Shown here: one piece after another, positions 56,079 to 64,000 of the stretch
How the letters are laid out: each line of letters opens with the position of its first letter
Position numbering within the stretch: position 1 is the first letter of the stretch
Source of the DNA: Bacillota bacterium
Lineage (GTDB): Bacteria; Bacillota; Clostridia; Christensenellales; UMGS416
Assembly: GCA_023410875.1 (NCBI GenBank)
Contig: JAEYPH010000043.1
Span: 19,096-83,095 of the forward strand
Direction: 5' to 3'
Length of the DNA: 64,000 nt
The notes under the pieces: model-generated
What the model was told of the DNA's origin: nothing
The model's input: the letters and a program-made list of their open reading frames with translations, nothing else
Database searches by the model: none
Position numbers and translations under genes: made by a program

Positions 56079-58570
56079 CCTCGGTATTGTTCGATGGTGG
56101 CGGATGCGTCGGCCCGGGTCTTCAGGATGTCGCGGGGTTTGCTGCCGGTAGAGGGGCTCACGACGCCCAGCTCCTCCAGCTCGTCCACGAGCCTCGCCGC
56201 CCGGGCATAGCCGACCTTGAGCTTGCGCTGCACCATGGAGATGCTGGCCTGGCCGGTGTCGTACACGACGTTCATCGCGTCCATCAGCAGCGCGTCGTAC
56301 TGGCGCTCGGAGTACTCATCATCGCCGCCGTCTTCAGCAGAGGCGGAGCCTCCTCCTCTGCCCTTCTTCGTGGGCAGCTCAAAGCTATTGACGTTGCTGA
56401 GCACCTCGGTGTCATATTCGGCGGCTTTGTACTGCTGTTTGATGAACTCCACGACCTTCTCGACCTCGTTCTCGGACACATAAGCGCCCTGCACGCGCAG
56501 CGGCTTGCTGGCGCCGGAGGGGTCGAAGAGCATGTCCCCGCGTCCCAGCAGCTTTTCCGCACCGGCCATATCGAGGATCGTGCGGCTGTCCACCTGGGAA
56601 CTCACGGCGAAGGCGATGCGCGAGGGAATGTTGGCCTTGATGACGCCGGTGATGACATCCACCGACGGGCGCTGTGTGGCGATGACAAGATGCATGCCGG
56701 CGGCGCGAGCCATCTGGGCCAGGCGGCAGATGGAGTCCTCCACTTCGTTGGGGGCCACCATCATCAGGTCCGCCAGCTCGTCCACGACGATCATGATCTG
56801 GGGCAGGCGTTCGCCGTCTTCCTCGCCCTCCACGATCTGGTTGTAGCGGTGGATGTCGCGGGCGCCCTTATCGGCCAGCAGCTCATAGCGGCGCACCATC
56901 TCCTGCACCGCCCAGTTCAGCGCGCCGGCGGCCTTCTTGGGGTCGCTGACCACGGGGATCAGCAGGTGCGGTATGCCATTGTACACTTTGAGCTCCACGA
57001 TCTTGGGGTCGATCATGATCATGCGCACCTGCTCGGGGGACGCCTTGTAGAGGATGCTCACGATCAGCGAGTTGATGCACACGCTCTTGCCCGAGCCGGT
57101 GGAGCCGGCGATCATCATGTGGGGCATCTTGGCCACGTCGGCCACGATGTTCTTGCCGGCGATGTCCTTGCCCAGGCAGAAGGTCATCGGCGCTTCGGCC
57201 TTTTGGAACTCGGGGCTTTCCAGCACGTCTCGCAGCTTGACCATGGAAATGACAGCGTTGGGCACCTCGATGCCGATGGCGGCCTTGCCGGGGATGGGCG
57301 CCTCGATGCGCACGCCTTGGGCAGCCATGTTCAGCGCGATGTCGTTGGACAGGTTGACGATGCGGCTGATCTTGACGCCGGCGGCGGGCTGCAGCTCGTA
57401 GCGGGTGATGGCCGGGCCGCGGCACACGTTGATAACCTTGGAACTCACGCCGAAGCTCATCAGCGTCTCCTCCAGCAGCGCCGCGCCGCGGTTGATTTCC
57501 TCGGCGCTGTTATCGGTGGTCTTGGGCGATTTGGTCAGCAGATTCACAGGAGGGATCACGTAGGGCGGCGGCTCCGCCTCGGCGGTGGCAATGGCCGCCG
57601 TCACCGGAGCGGCGGGTTTTTCGGCGGGCCTCCCGGGAGCATGGGCCGCGGCATTGCGATCATGGCCGTGATCCCGCTCCTCGGGTTCCGGCTCCGGTTC
57701 CGGTTCGTCATGCTCAAATATGCTGGCTTGCTGGAAGCTGCCGCTCAATGGCTGGGGCTCCTCCATGACCCGGGGAATCCCCCGCGTCTGCTCCCCCACC
57801 GCCTCTGGCATGGGCTGGAACATCGAGGCGTTGAGCAGGTCCACGTCGGCCGCGGCGTCGGCAGGCTTTCTGCCGGTGGCCAGGTTGTCCACATACAGCC
57901 GCTGCCCGCGGCGGGCCTGCGCCTGCGCGCGCTCCTGGCGCTGTTCCTGCCGCTGCTCTTGCCGTTGCTCCTGCCGTTCGGTCATCACCGCCACGGTGTC
58001 GCGCACGTTGTCGCGCACATTCTCACCCAGGCGGCGCAGGCTCAGCCGCGTCATGATGAGCACGATGACCAGCAGGAACGCGATCAGGAATATAATTGCA
58101 CCTGCAAAACCAACTAAGTAGTGGAGTGGATAGGCGACCATGGCGCCCAGCGCTCCGCCGGTGCCGGGCATCGTGCGGGCAAGGTCGAAAGAAGTGGCCA
58201 CGAAGCTCAGAAAGCTCTTGCTGTCCAGCCTGGGCAGATAGTACATGTGCAGCAGCGCCAGCGCCAGCGCGGCGAACACCGTCCACACCATCACGGGGAA
58301 CCACTTGATCGCCTCATGGCCGGCGACGATGATGACGACGCCCAGAGCCGTGATGAGAATCGGCAGCGCGTAGGCCGCCACGCCGAACACACCGAACAGC
58401 GCCTGTTTGATGCCGTGGCCCACCACACCGATGGATTCCGTGAACAAGCCGACGAACATAAAAACACCCAGCGCCATCAGGATGAGGCCGGATACTTCGA
58501 AGCGCTTATGCCGCGCCGCCTTGGGCGTCGCTTTCTTCTTTCGTTTTTTGGGAGCCACAGCATCCTCCAT
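56075..58570 (-). CDS. ftsK: DNA translocase FtsK/SpoIIIE
   Basis: 831 aa. N-terminal TM helices, then a low-complexity linker, then the motor domain ([26 protein letters not shown]). The C-terminal gamma winged-helix is [24 protein letters not shown]. Confidence 0.93.
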   Translation of the reverse strand: MEDAVAPKKRKKKATPKAARHKRFEVSGLILMALGVFMFVGLFTESIGVVGHGIKQALFGVFGVAAYALPILITALGVVIIVAGHEAIKWFPVMVWTVFAALALALLHMYYLPRLDSKSFLSFVATSFDLARTMPGTGGALGAMVAYPLHYLVGFAGAIIFLIAFLLVIVLIMTRLSLRRLGENVRDNVRDTVAVMTERQEQRQEQRQEQRQERAQAQARRGQRLYVDNLATGRKPADAAADVDLLNASMFQPMPEAVGEQTRGIPRVMEEPQPLSGSFQQASIFEHDEPEPEPEPEERDHGHDRNAAAHAPGRPAEKPAAPVTAAIATAEAEPPPYVIPPVNLLTKSPKTTDNSAEEINRGAALLEETLMSFGVSSKVINVCRGPAITRYELQPAAGVKISRIVNLSNDIALNMAAQGVRIEAPIPGKAAIGIEVPNAVISMVKLRDVLESPEFQKAEAPMTFCLGKDIAGKNIVADVAKMPHMMIAGSTGSGKSVCINSLIVSILYKASPEQVRMIMIDPKIVELKVYNGIPHLLIPVVSDPKKAAGALNWAVQEMVRRYELLADKGARDIHRYNQIVEGEEDGERLPQIMIVVDELADLMMVAPNEVEDSICRLAQMARAAGMHLVIATQRPSVDVITGVIKANIPSRIAFAVSSQVDSRTILDMAGAEKLLGRGDMLFDPSGASKPLRVQGAYVSENEVEKVVEFIKQQYKAAEYDTEVLSNVNSFELPTKKGRGGGSASAEDGGDDEYSERQYDALLMDAMNVVYDTGQASISMVQRKLKVGYARAARLVDELEELGVVSPSTGSKPRDILKTRADASATIEQYRG

Positions 58571-58634
58571 GCAAAGGATACAATATTATACCATATATGC
58601 CGGGTGCAAACAACGCGACGCACAAGACGTGTTG

Positions 58635-59600
58635 CTACGAACCCGTATTTTCCGCCAGCAACTGATCCAGCAGCGCGTCGATCTCCTCCATGCGGTTCAG
58701 CGCGTTGAGCCGGAAGCGCCAGCGAGCTGCGCCCGGCACGCCCTTGATGTACCACGAGAGCTGCTTGCGCATCTCCTGCACGGCCACGGCCTCACCCTTG
58801 AGCGCGCACAGCTCGGCGCTGTGGCGGCGGGCCACCGCCAGCCGCTGCGCCAGGGTCTTCGGCCCCATTTGCTCGCCGCGAAGGGCACAGAGGATTTCCT
58901 CGAAGATCCATGGGTTGCCCTGGGCTGCCCTGCCAACCATCACGGCGTCGCAGCCGGTGTGGCGCAGCAGGGCCAAGGCATCGTCGCCGCAGGCCACGTC
59001 GCCGTTGCCGATCACCGGCACGCTGAGCGCCCGCTTGACCTGGGCGATGATGTCCCAATCGGCGCGGCCGCTGTAGAACTGCTCGCGGGTGCGCCCGTGC
59101 ACGGCCACGGCGGCAGCCCCGGCATCCTGCATGCGCAGCGCAAAGTCCACGGCGTTGATGTGCTGGTCGTCCCACCCCTTGCGTATTTTCACAGTAACGG
59201 GCTTCCCTATGTTCTTTGCCAGCGTGGATACGATCTGCGCCGCCCATTGGGGCTGCTGCATCAGCGCGCTGCCCTGGCCGGCCTTCACGATCTTGGTCAC
59301 AGGGCAGCCCATGTTCACATCCACGATGTCATATTCCGCGCCGAACCTCAGCGCCATGTCCGCCATCACCTGGGGCTCGTTGCCGAAGAGCTGCATGGCT
59401 CTGGGCCCGGCCACACCGGCGCCGGCCAGCAGCGCCTGCGAGCGGTCCGGCGAATAGAGCAGGCCCTTGGCGCTGACCATCTCGGTGTATGTTAGGGCCG
59501 CTCCCAGTTCTGCGCAGATCCGCCGGAAAGGTAGGTCGGTAACGCCCGCCATGGGCGCCAGCAGCGCACCCTGCGGAATTTCGATGCCGCCTATTCTCAT
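58635..59600 (-). CDS. dusB: tRNA-dihydrouridine synthase (DusB-like)
   Basis: 321 aa. ...LAPMAGVTDLPFRRIC...DVNMGCPV...TVKIRKGWD...AVAVHGRTR... Confidence 0.9.
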   Translation of the reverse strand: MRIGGIEIPQGALLAPMAGVTDLPFRRICAELGAALTYTEMVSAKGLLYSPDRSQALLAGAGVAGPRAMQLFGNEPQVMADMALRFGAEYDIVDVNMGCPVTKIVKAGQGSALMQQPQWAAQIVSTLAKNIGKPVTVKIRKGWDDQHINAVDFALRMQDAGAAAVAVHGRTREQFYSGRADWDIIAQVKRALSVPVIGNGDVACGDDALALLRHTGCDAVMVGRAAQGNPWIFEEILCALRGEQMGPKTLAQRLAVARRHSAELCALKGEAVAVQEMRKQLSWYIKGVPGAARWRFRLNALNRMEEIDALLDQLLAENTGS

Positions 59601-59604
59601 CGTG

Positions 59605-60237
59605 TCACGAAGCTTCCGGTGAGGCTTCCGCTTCCGGCGCGGGAGTGGGCGTCGTGATCAGACCCGGCGTGGGGCTGGGCGTGGGCAGCGGCGTTGCCGT
59701 GATGAAATAGGTGGGCTCCGGCGTGCGCGTAGGGTCGGGCAGCAGCGTCTCCAACTGCTTGACCTCAAAGATGCGCCACGCGCCATCCACCTGGCGGCAG
59801 GTGAGCTGATAGCGGGTCTTGGGCCACTGGGGGCTGATGATCACGTCGGATTCGGCGTCGTCGCCGTTGCTGGAGGTATACTTGAAATCCGGTATGCTCT
59901 CCACAACAGTGACCATGGCAGTGTCCTCCCAGGGCTTGCACCACAGAGATTCCACGGTCAGCTTGTAGTTGAAGTCAGAGATGATAAAGTCGGAATAAGC
60001 CGTGGTGTCCGGCGCCTCGTTCTTCAGATATGACTGGGCAAAATACTTGGAAAGGTCAATGTCCTCGCCGGGAGTCAGCACCGAGCCGGCGCGGGCCTTC
60101 ATGCCATCGGTCACGATGACGTACACATTGGCCGAATCCATGGCCACGAAGAACGTCACAACGAGAATGGCGAACACCGACACCGCGATGCCGGCGACCT
60201 TTGCGATGTACCAAACCAGTCTGAGCGTGTATTTCAT
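59605..60237 (-). CDS. Hypothetical membrane-anchored protein with Pro/Thr-rich C-terminal tail
   Basis: 210 aa. One N-terminal TM helix (AGIAVSVFAILVVTFFVAM), a globular domain, and the tail TPLPTPSPTPGLITTPTPAPEAEASPEAS. It lies 4 nt downstream of dusB. Confidence 0.55.
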   Translation of the reverse strand: MKYTLRLVWYIAKVAGIAVSVFAILVVTFFVAMDSANVYVIVTDGMKARAGSVLTPGEDIDLSKYFAQSYLKNEAPDTTAYSDFIISDFNYKLTVESLWCKPWEDTAMVTVVESIPDFKYTSSNGDDAESDVIISPQWPKTRYQLTCRQVDGAWRIFEVKQLETLLPDPTRTPEPTYFITATPLPTPSPTPGLITTPTPAPEAEASPEAS

Positions 60238-60476
60238 GAAATTCCGGTTCCTTCCACAGCCGAGTATTTTAATGGTTTATCTCATGATCTTTTTTAGTAT
60301 ACACCATTTTCTCTCATTCTGCATACAGCACACCGGGGCCATCGGATGTTTGCCTTGCCTTGACGCTTATTTGACATATCTTGTTGTTATTTCTGCGTAT
60401 GCTCTCTGCCAAGATGTCTTTATGATATACTCATCCCGATTTACCGCCACAATCCCAAAGAACGCGAGGTGTGCGA

Positions 60477-61471
60477 TGACTTCCAGAGAGCGTTTCCGCA
60501 GAGTGTTGAACTTTGAAGGCGGGATGGACCGCCTGCCCATGGTGGAATGGGCCGCGTGGTGGGACACCACGATGGACAACTGGGTGGCCCAGGGGCTGCC
60601 GGCAATGGAATTTCAGCAGTCCATGGAGCACTTCGGGCTGGACCCGATGATGGTCATCTATGCCAGGGCGGCCGACGGCGGCATGCCCTCCCCCGCCTAC
60701 CACGGCGGCCCCATCATTGGCACCGAGCGAAGCTATGACGACGTACTGCCCCATCTGTACAACGACGCCAGGATAGAGGACATCCTGAACCAGTGCCGCG
60801 AATACAAGGAGCGCCACGAGCGCGGCGACATCCTGCTGCGCGTATGGTTGGACGGTTTTTTCTGGTTTCCACGCACGCTCTTCGGCATCGAGCCGCACCT
60901 CTACGCATTTTATGATAAACCGGAACTCATGCACCGCATGAACAGCGACCTGGCGGATTTTAACATCCGCGCCATCGACGCCGTGTGCTCGGTGCTGCAG
61001 CCGGACATGGTGGGTTTCGCCGAGGACATGAGCTACAACCACGGTCCCATGCTGTCAGAGGCGCTGTTCGACGAATTCCTGCTGCCCTACTACCGGCGGG
61101 TGATCCCGGAGATCCAGAAGCACGGCGTCAAGGTGTTCATCGACAGCGACGGCGACATCACGACGATGGTGCCGTGGATGCAGCGCGCCGGCATTGAGGG
61201 CGTCTATCCGCTGGAGCGGCAGGCCGGTGTGGACCTGAACGCCATACGGGAGGCATATCCGCGCTTCCTGATGCTGGGCGGCTATGACAAGATGGTGATG
61301 CCCCATGGCGAGCCGGCCATGCGCGCGGAGTTCGAGCGCCTGCTGCCCGTGATGCGCTCCGGCGGCTACATCCCCTCGGTGGACCACCAGACGCCGCCGG
61401 GGGTCACGCTGGAGAACTATTGGATTTACATGAAGCTCTTCAAGGAGTATGCGCAAAAGGCTGCTTTCTGA
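60477..61471 (+). CDS. Uroporphyrinogen decarboxylase (URO-D) family protein, MtaA-like
   Basis: Start is MTSRERFRRVLNFEGGMDRLPMVEW. The block ...GFAEDMSYNHGPMLSEALFDEFLLPYYRRVIP...FIDSDGDITTMVPWMQRAGIEGVYPLE is present. I used an internal Met of ORF 60002..61471, because the upstream part is AT-rich promoter sequence. Confidence 0.7.
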
Positions 61472-61490
61472 TCACCTTGGAACATGAAAT

Positions 61491-61521
61491 GAAGCCCGTT
61501 CTTCAATCGAGAACGGGCTTC
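61491..61521 (+). terminator. Rho-independent terminator of the URO-D family gene
   Basis: GAAGCCCGTTCT-TCAATCG-AGAACGGGCTTC, followed by TGTGCATTT. Confidence 0.7.
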
Positions 61522-61637
61522 TGTGCATTTGCGAAGGGTTCAGGCTAGGCTTCCCCTGGAGGGGAAGCTGTCGCCGCAGGCGACTGATGAGGTGTACACC
61601 CCGCTTTATGTAGACACCTTGAACAGGGGCTGTTGTG

Positions 61638-61782
61638 GAAGAATTTCGCGCCCTTCGTTGCGCTTTGCGCAACTATCGGTTTGCTCTCACATCGGCTAAA
61701 GCCGACGTTGCCGCAAGCCGGGGCATGGCCTGCAGGCGCGACCAAAGGGCTTTCCGGTCGCCCTTTGGAAACCTTCGGCCCC
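61638..61782 (-). repeat. Structured intergenic repeat, copy D (core 61742-61779)
   Basis: The reverse complement carries GGGGCCGAAGGTTTCCAAAGGGCGACCGGAAAGCCCTTTGG, then TCGCGCC-(82 nt)-GGCGCGA, then AATTC. It starts about 20 nt after the GH2 stop. Confidence 0.85.
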
Positions 61783-61800
61783 ATCTGTATGATCTAGCGA

Positions 61801-64000
61801 CTATTCAGCCTGAAGAACCAACCGCGCGCTCTGCAATCCTTCTGCGCTAACAGTCAGTGTAACCGCTCCCGGCTGGCCCAAGCTCTTGAGCGCGCACACC
61901 GCCGTGCCCTCAAAGGCGCTGCGGCAGTTGCCTGTGTAGGGTTCGCGGGAGACCGGGTCGTTGGTGCCCACGGCGGCCAGCGTGCCCGCGCCGCTGGCGG
62001 TGAAGTACAGCATGTTGCCGGCATAGGGCACCGGCTGCCCCTGCGCGTCCACAACCGTGGCCGTTGCATAGGCCAACCCCTGCCAGCCCGCCTCCATCTG
62101 GGCGCGGTCGGCGTCCAGGCGGATGGCCGCGGGCGCGCCGCAGGTCTGCAACGCGTCTTCCGACACCGCCTTGCCGCCCACATAGGCCACAGCCTTTACG
62201 CTGCCCGGCGCGTAAACGGTCTCAAAACTGGCGATGTTGCGCGCGGCGGAGCCGGCGGGCTGGCGGCCCAGCGACACGCCATTGACGATCAGATCCACCT
62301 CGTCGGCGTCGCTGTAGACGTCGATATAGGTTTTGTATCCTTCGGCGCCGGGCCAGCTCCAGCTGTGGTGCACATCGCTCCAGCCCCAGTAGTTGTAGCT
62401 GGGCTTGACGCCCTTGGCGTTGGGCCGGTGCACGGCAATCCACGGCGCTTGGCGGTGGCCCCAGAGGATTTGCCGGTAGTAGGACTGGGGCCGGGGCCGG
62501 CACAGGATGTCCAGATCGCCGCAATTGGCCAGATGCCACGGAAAGCCCAGGCCGTGGGTGCGGCCATCCTCGTCGGGCAGGAAGGAATGGCCGATGCCCG
62601 CCTCACCGATGTAGTCCATGCTGGTCCACACGCAGTCGCCGATGACCCGGGGATCAGCCAAAGTGGCCTGCCAGGTCTCCCATGCCTCGCCGGCGATGGT
62701 CTCAGTGCCCAGTATGAAGCGGTCCGGGAAGCGCTGCAGATCCTCCTCGTAGCGCCGCCACAGATAATTATAACCCACGACGTCCAGCGGCGCGGCAAAG
62801 GGCGCACTGCTCTCGCCCCACTCCCCCTCCGGGTATTCAAAGGCGCCGCACAGCGCGTTGGAGACAAAGCGCGTGCCGTCCAGCTCCCGCACGGCGTCGG
62901 CCAGGCGGCGGGCCAGCTCATAGCCGCCGGAGCGGCCGAAGCGCTCGGTGATCTCGTTGCCGGTGGACCAGAAGGCGATGCTGGGGTGGTTGCGATCCCG
63001 CAACACCATGGATGTCAGGTCCCGCTGCCACCAGTCCTCAAAGTACAGATGATAATCGTAGGGTGTCTTGCCCATGCGCCAGCAGTCGAAGGCCTCGTCC
63101 ATGACGACCAGGCCGATGCGATCACAGGCGTCCAGGAAATCCACCGACGGCGGGTTGTGGGCGCAGCGCACGGCGTTGTATCCGGCGTCCTTGAGAGCGC
63201 GGGCCTTGCGCTCCTCGGCAGCTCGCCACGCGGCGGAACCCAGAATGCCGCAGTCGTGGTGCACGCAGCCGCCCTTGAGCTTGAGCGGTTTGCCGTTGAG
63301 CAGGAAGCCCTGGTCCTTGTCCAGCGCGATGGTGCGGATGCCGACTGTCGTTTCCACCGCGTCCGCCACCGCGCCGTCCGCCAGCAGCTCGCTGCGCAGC
63401 GTATAGAGGTTGGGGGCATCCACATCCCATAGAAGGGGCTGCGCGACGGCCAACTCCTGCACGTTGCGGCCCTCGGCCTGGGCCTCACAGGTGGCCACCG
63501 CCGCGCCGGAAGCGTCCAGCAGCGAGTGCCGCAGCAGGCCCGCGCCGCACAGTTGGGTTTCTACTCGCAACAGGGCGCGTTGCTCAGTTGCCTCCACCGT
63601 GGAGGCAAAGACCCCCCAGGGTGCGATGTGCGCGCCTTCGGCGACGAGCAGCCACACCGGGCGGTACAGGCCGCTGCCGGAATACCAGCGGGAATTGGGC
63701 AGCGCGTTGTTGTGCACGCGAATCTGCAACTCGTTGGGCGCGTCCTCCAGCAGCCAAGGCGTCAGGTCCGCGTGGAAGGATGTGTAGCCGTAGGGGTGGA
63801 AGGCCGCCAGGTTGCCGTTGACGAACACCTCGGTGTTCATGTAGGCGCCCTCGACCTCCAGCACCGCCTTGCCGGGCTTGCCGGCGGGCAGCGTCTTGCG
63901 ATAGACGCCGCTGCCGCCCTGGAAGAAGCCGCCCTTGTCCAGCATGCGGCTGTCGGCGGTGCGCGGCTGGCCGATGGAAAAGTCGTGGGGCAAATCGACG
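61801..64000 (-). CDS. Glycoside hydrolase family 2 (beta-galactosidase/beta-glucuronidase-like), 5' end outside window
   Basis: The frame is open to the window edge (..VDLPHDFSI, the typical GH2 sugar-binding domain start). ...NAVRCAHNPPS...WSTGNE carries the catalytic acid/base NE motif. The ORF-track start at 63993 is an internal TTG. Confidence 0.85.
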   Translation of the reverse strand, partial: VDLPHDFSIGQPRTADSRMLDKGGFFQGGSGVYRKTLPAGKPGKAVLEVEGAYMNTEVFVNGNLAAFHPYGYTSFHADLTPWLLEDAPNELQIRVHNNALPNSRWYSGSGLYRPVWLLVAEGAHIAPWGVFASTVEATEQRALLRVETQLCGAGLLRHSLLDASGAAVATCEAQAEGRNVQELAVAQPLLWDVDAPNLYTLRSELLADGAVADAVETTVGIRTIALDKDQGFLLNGKPLKLKGGCVHHDCGILGSAAWRAAEERKARALKDAGYNAVRCAHNPPSVDFLDACDRIGLVVMDEAFDCWRMGKTPYDYHLYFEDWWQRDLTSMVLRDRNHPSIAFWSTGNEITERFGRSGGYELARRLADAVRELDGTRFVSNALCGAFEYPEGEWGESSAPFAAPLDVVGYNYLWRRYEEDLQRFPDRFILGTETIAGEAWETWQATLADPRVIGDCVWTSMDYIGEAGIGHSFLPDEDGRTHGLGFPWHLANCGDLDILCRPRPQSYYRQILWGHRQAPWIAVHRPNAKGVKPSYNYWGWSDVHHSWSWPGAEGYKTYIDVYSDADEVDLIVNGVSLGRQPAGSAARNIASFETVYAPGSVKAVAYVGGKAVSEDALQTCGAPAAIRLDADRAQMEAGWQGLAYATATVVDAQGQPVPYAGNMLYFTASGAGTLAAVGTNDPVSREPYTGNCRSAFEGTAVCALKSLGQPGAVTLTVSAEGLQSARLVLQAE

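Noticed and set aside
60002-60476. N-terminal 158 codons of track ORF 60002..61471
   Set aside because: This part overlaps the 59605..60237 gene on the opposite strand and then crosses an AT-rich promoter region. A recognisable URO-D-like sequence begins only at the Met at 60477.
61584-61626. Hammerhead-ribozyme-like CTGATGA followed by a GGTGT...ACACC stem and GAAC
   Set aside because: The box after stem II reads UUGAAC rather than GAAA. No convincing stems I or III or cleavage-site context could be drawn. It also lies on the strand opposite to the repeat's inferred RNA orientation. It is probably chance.

Overview
This 64 kb window is a high-GC (roughly 60%) Firmicutes/Clostridia-type core chromosome segment. 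Gene content and order (miaB-mutS-mutL, addB-addA, ftsK-rimO-pgsA-cinA-recA-rny, CIRCE-groES-groEL) suggest an Oscillospiraceae/Ruminococcaceae-like anaerobe; the taxon is inference only. I call about 55 protein genes, mostly on the minus strand. I found no rRNA, tRNA, CRISPR array, transposase, integrase or phage genes. Functional blocks in order: (1) mismatch repair plus miaB; (2) a TPP riboswitch with thiT, then pgi; (3) a HydABC-type [FeFe]-hydrogenase operon (hydC, GHKL ATPase, hydD-like, hydB, hydA), preceded by a putative H2-sensing regulatory cluster (DRTGG, GHKL ATPase, HydS-like hydrogenase, DRTGG, PHP); (4) a methyltransferase, GNAT and Cys-rich protein trio; (5) CIRCE-groESL; (6) efp, pepP, nfo-like and yqeG genes; (7) a DinG-like helicase with addA and addB; (8) 5-FTHF cyclo-ligase and alr; (9) an arylpyruvate module (paaK-iorA-iorB-paaK-ACT); (10) a GT2 glycosyltransferase and mreB; (11) rny, recA, cinA, pgsA, rimO, ftsK, dusB; (12) a URO-D family gene and a GH2 glycosidase that runs off the right edge. 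The most unusual observations are: (a) a four-copy intergenic repeat family, always on the sense strand of the upstream gene, with an invariant 38-nt core and compensatory stem changes, which could be an unannotated structured RNA or a MITE-like element; (b) the poorly understood sensory-hydrogenase regulatory cluster, which contains one repeat copy; (c) a Ser at the position of the cluster-ligating Cys in the HydA L1 motif (TSCSPGW). Many long ORFs in the six-frame track are GC-driven antisense shadows and were rejected.
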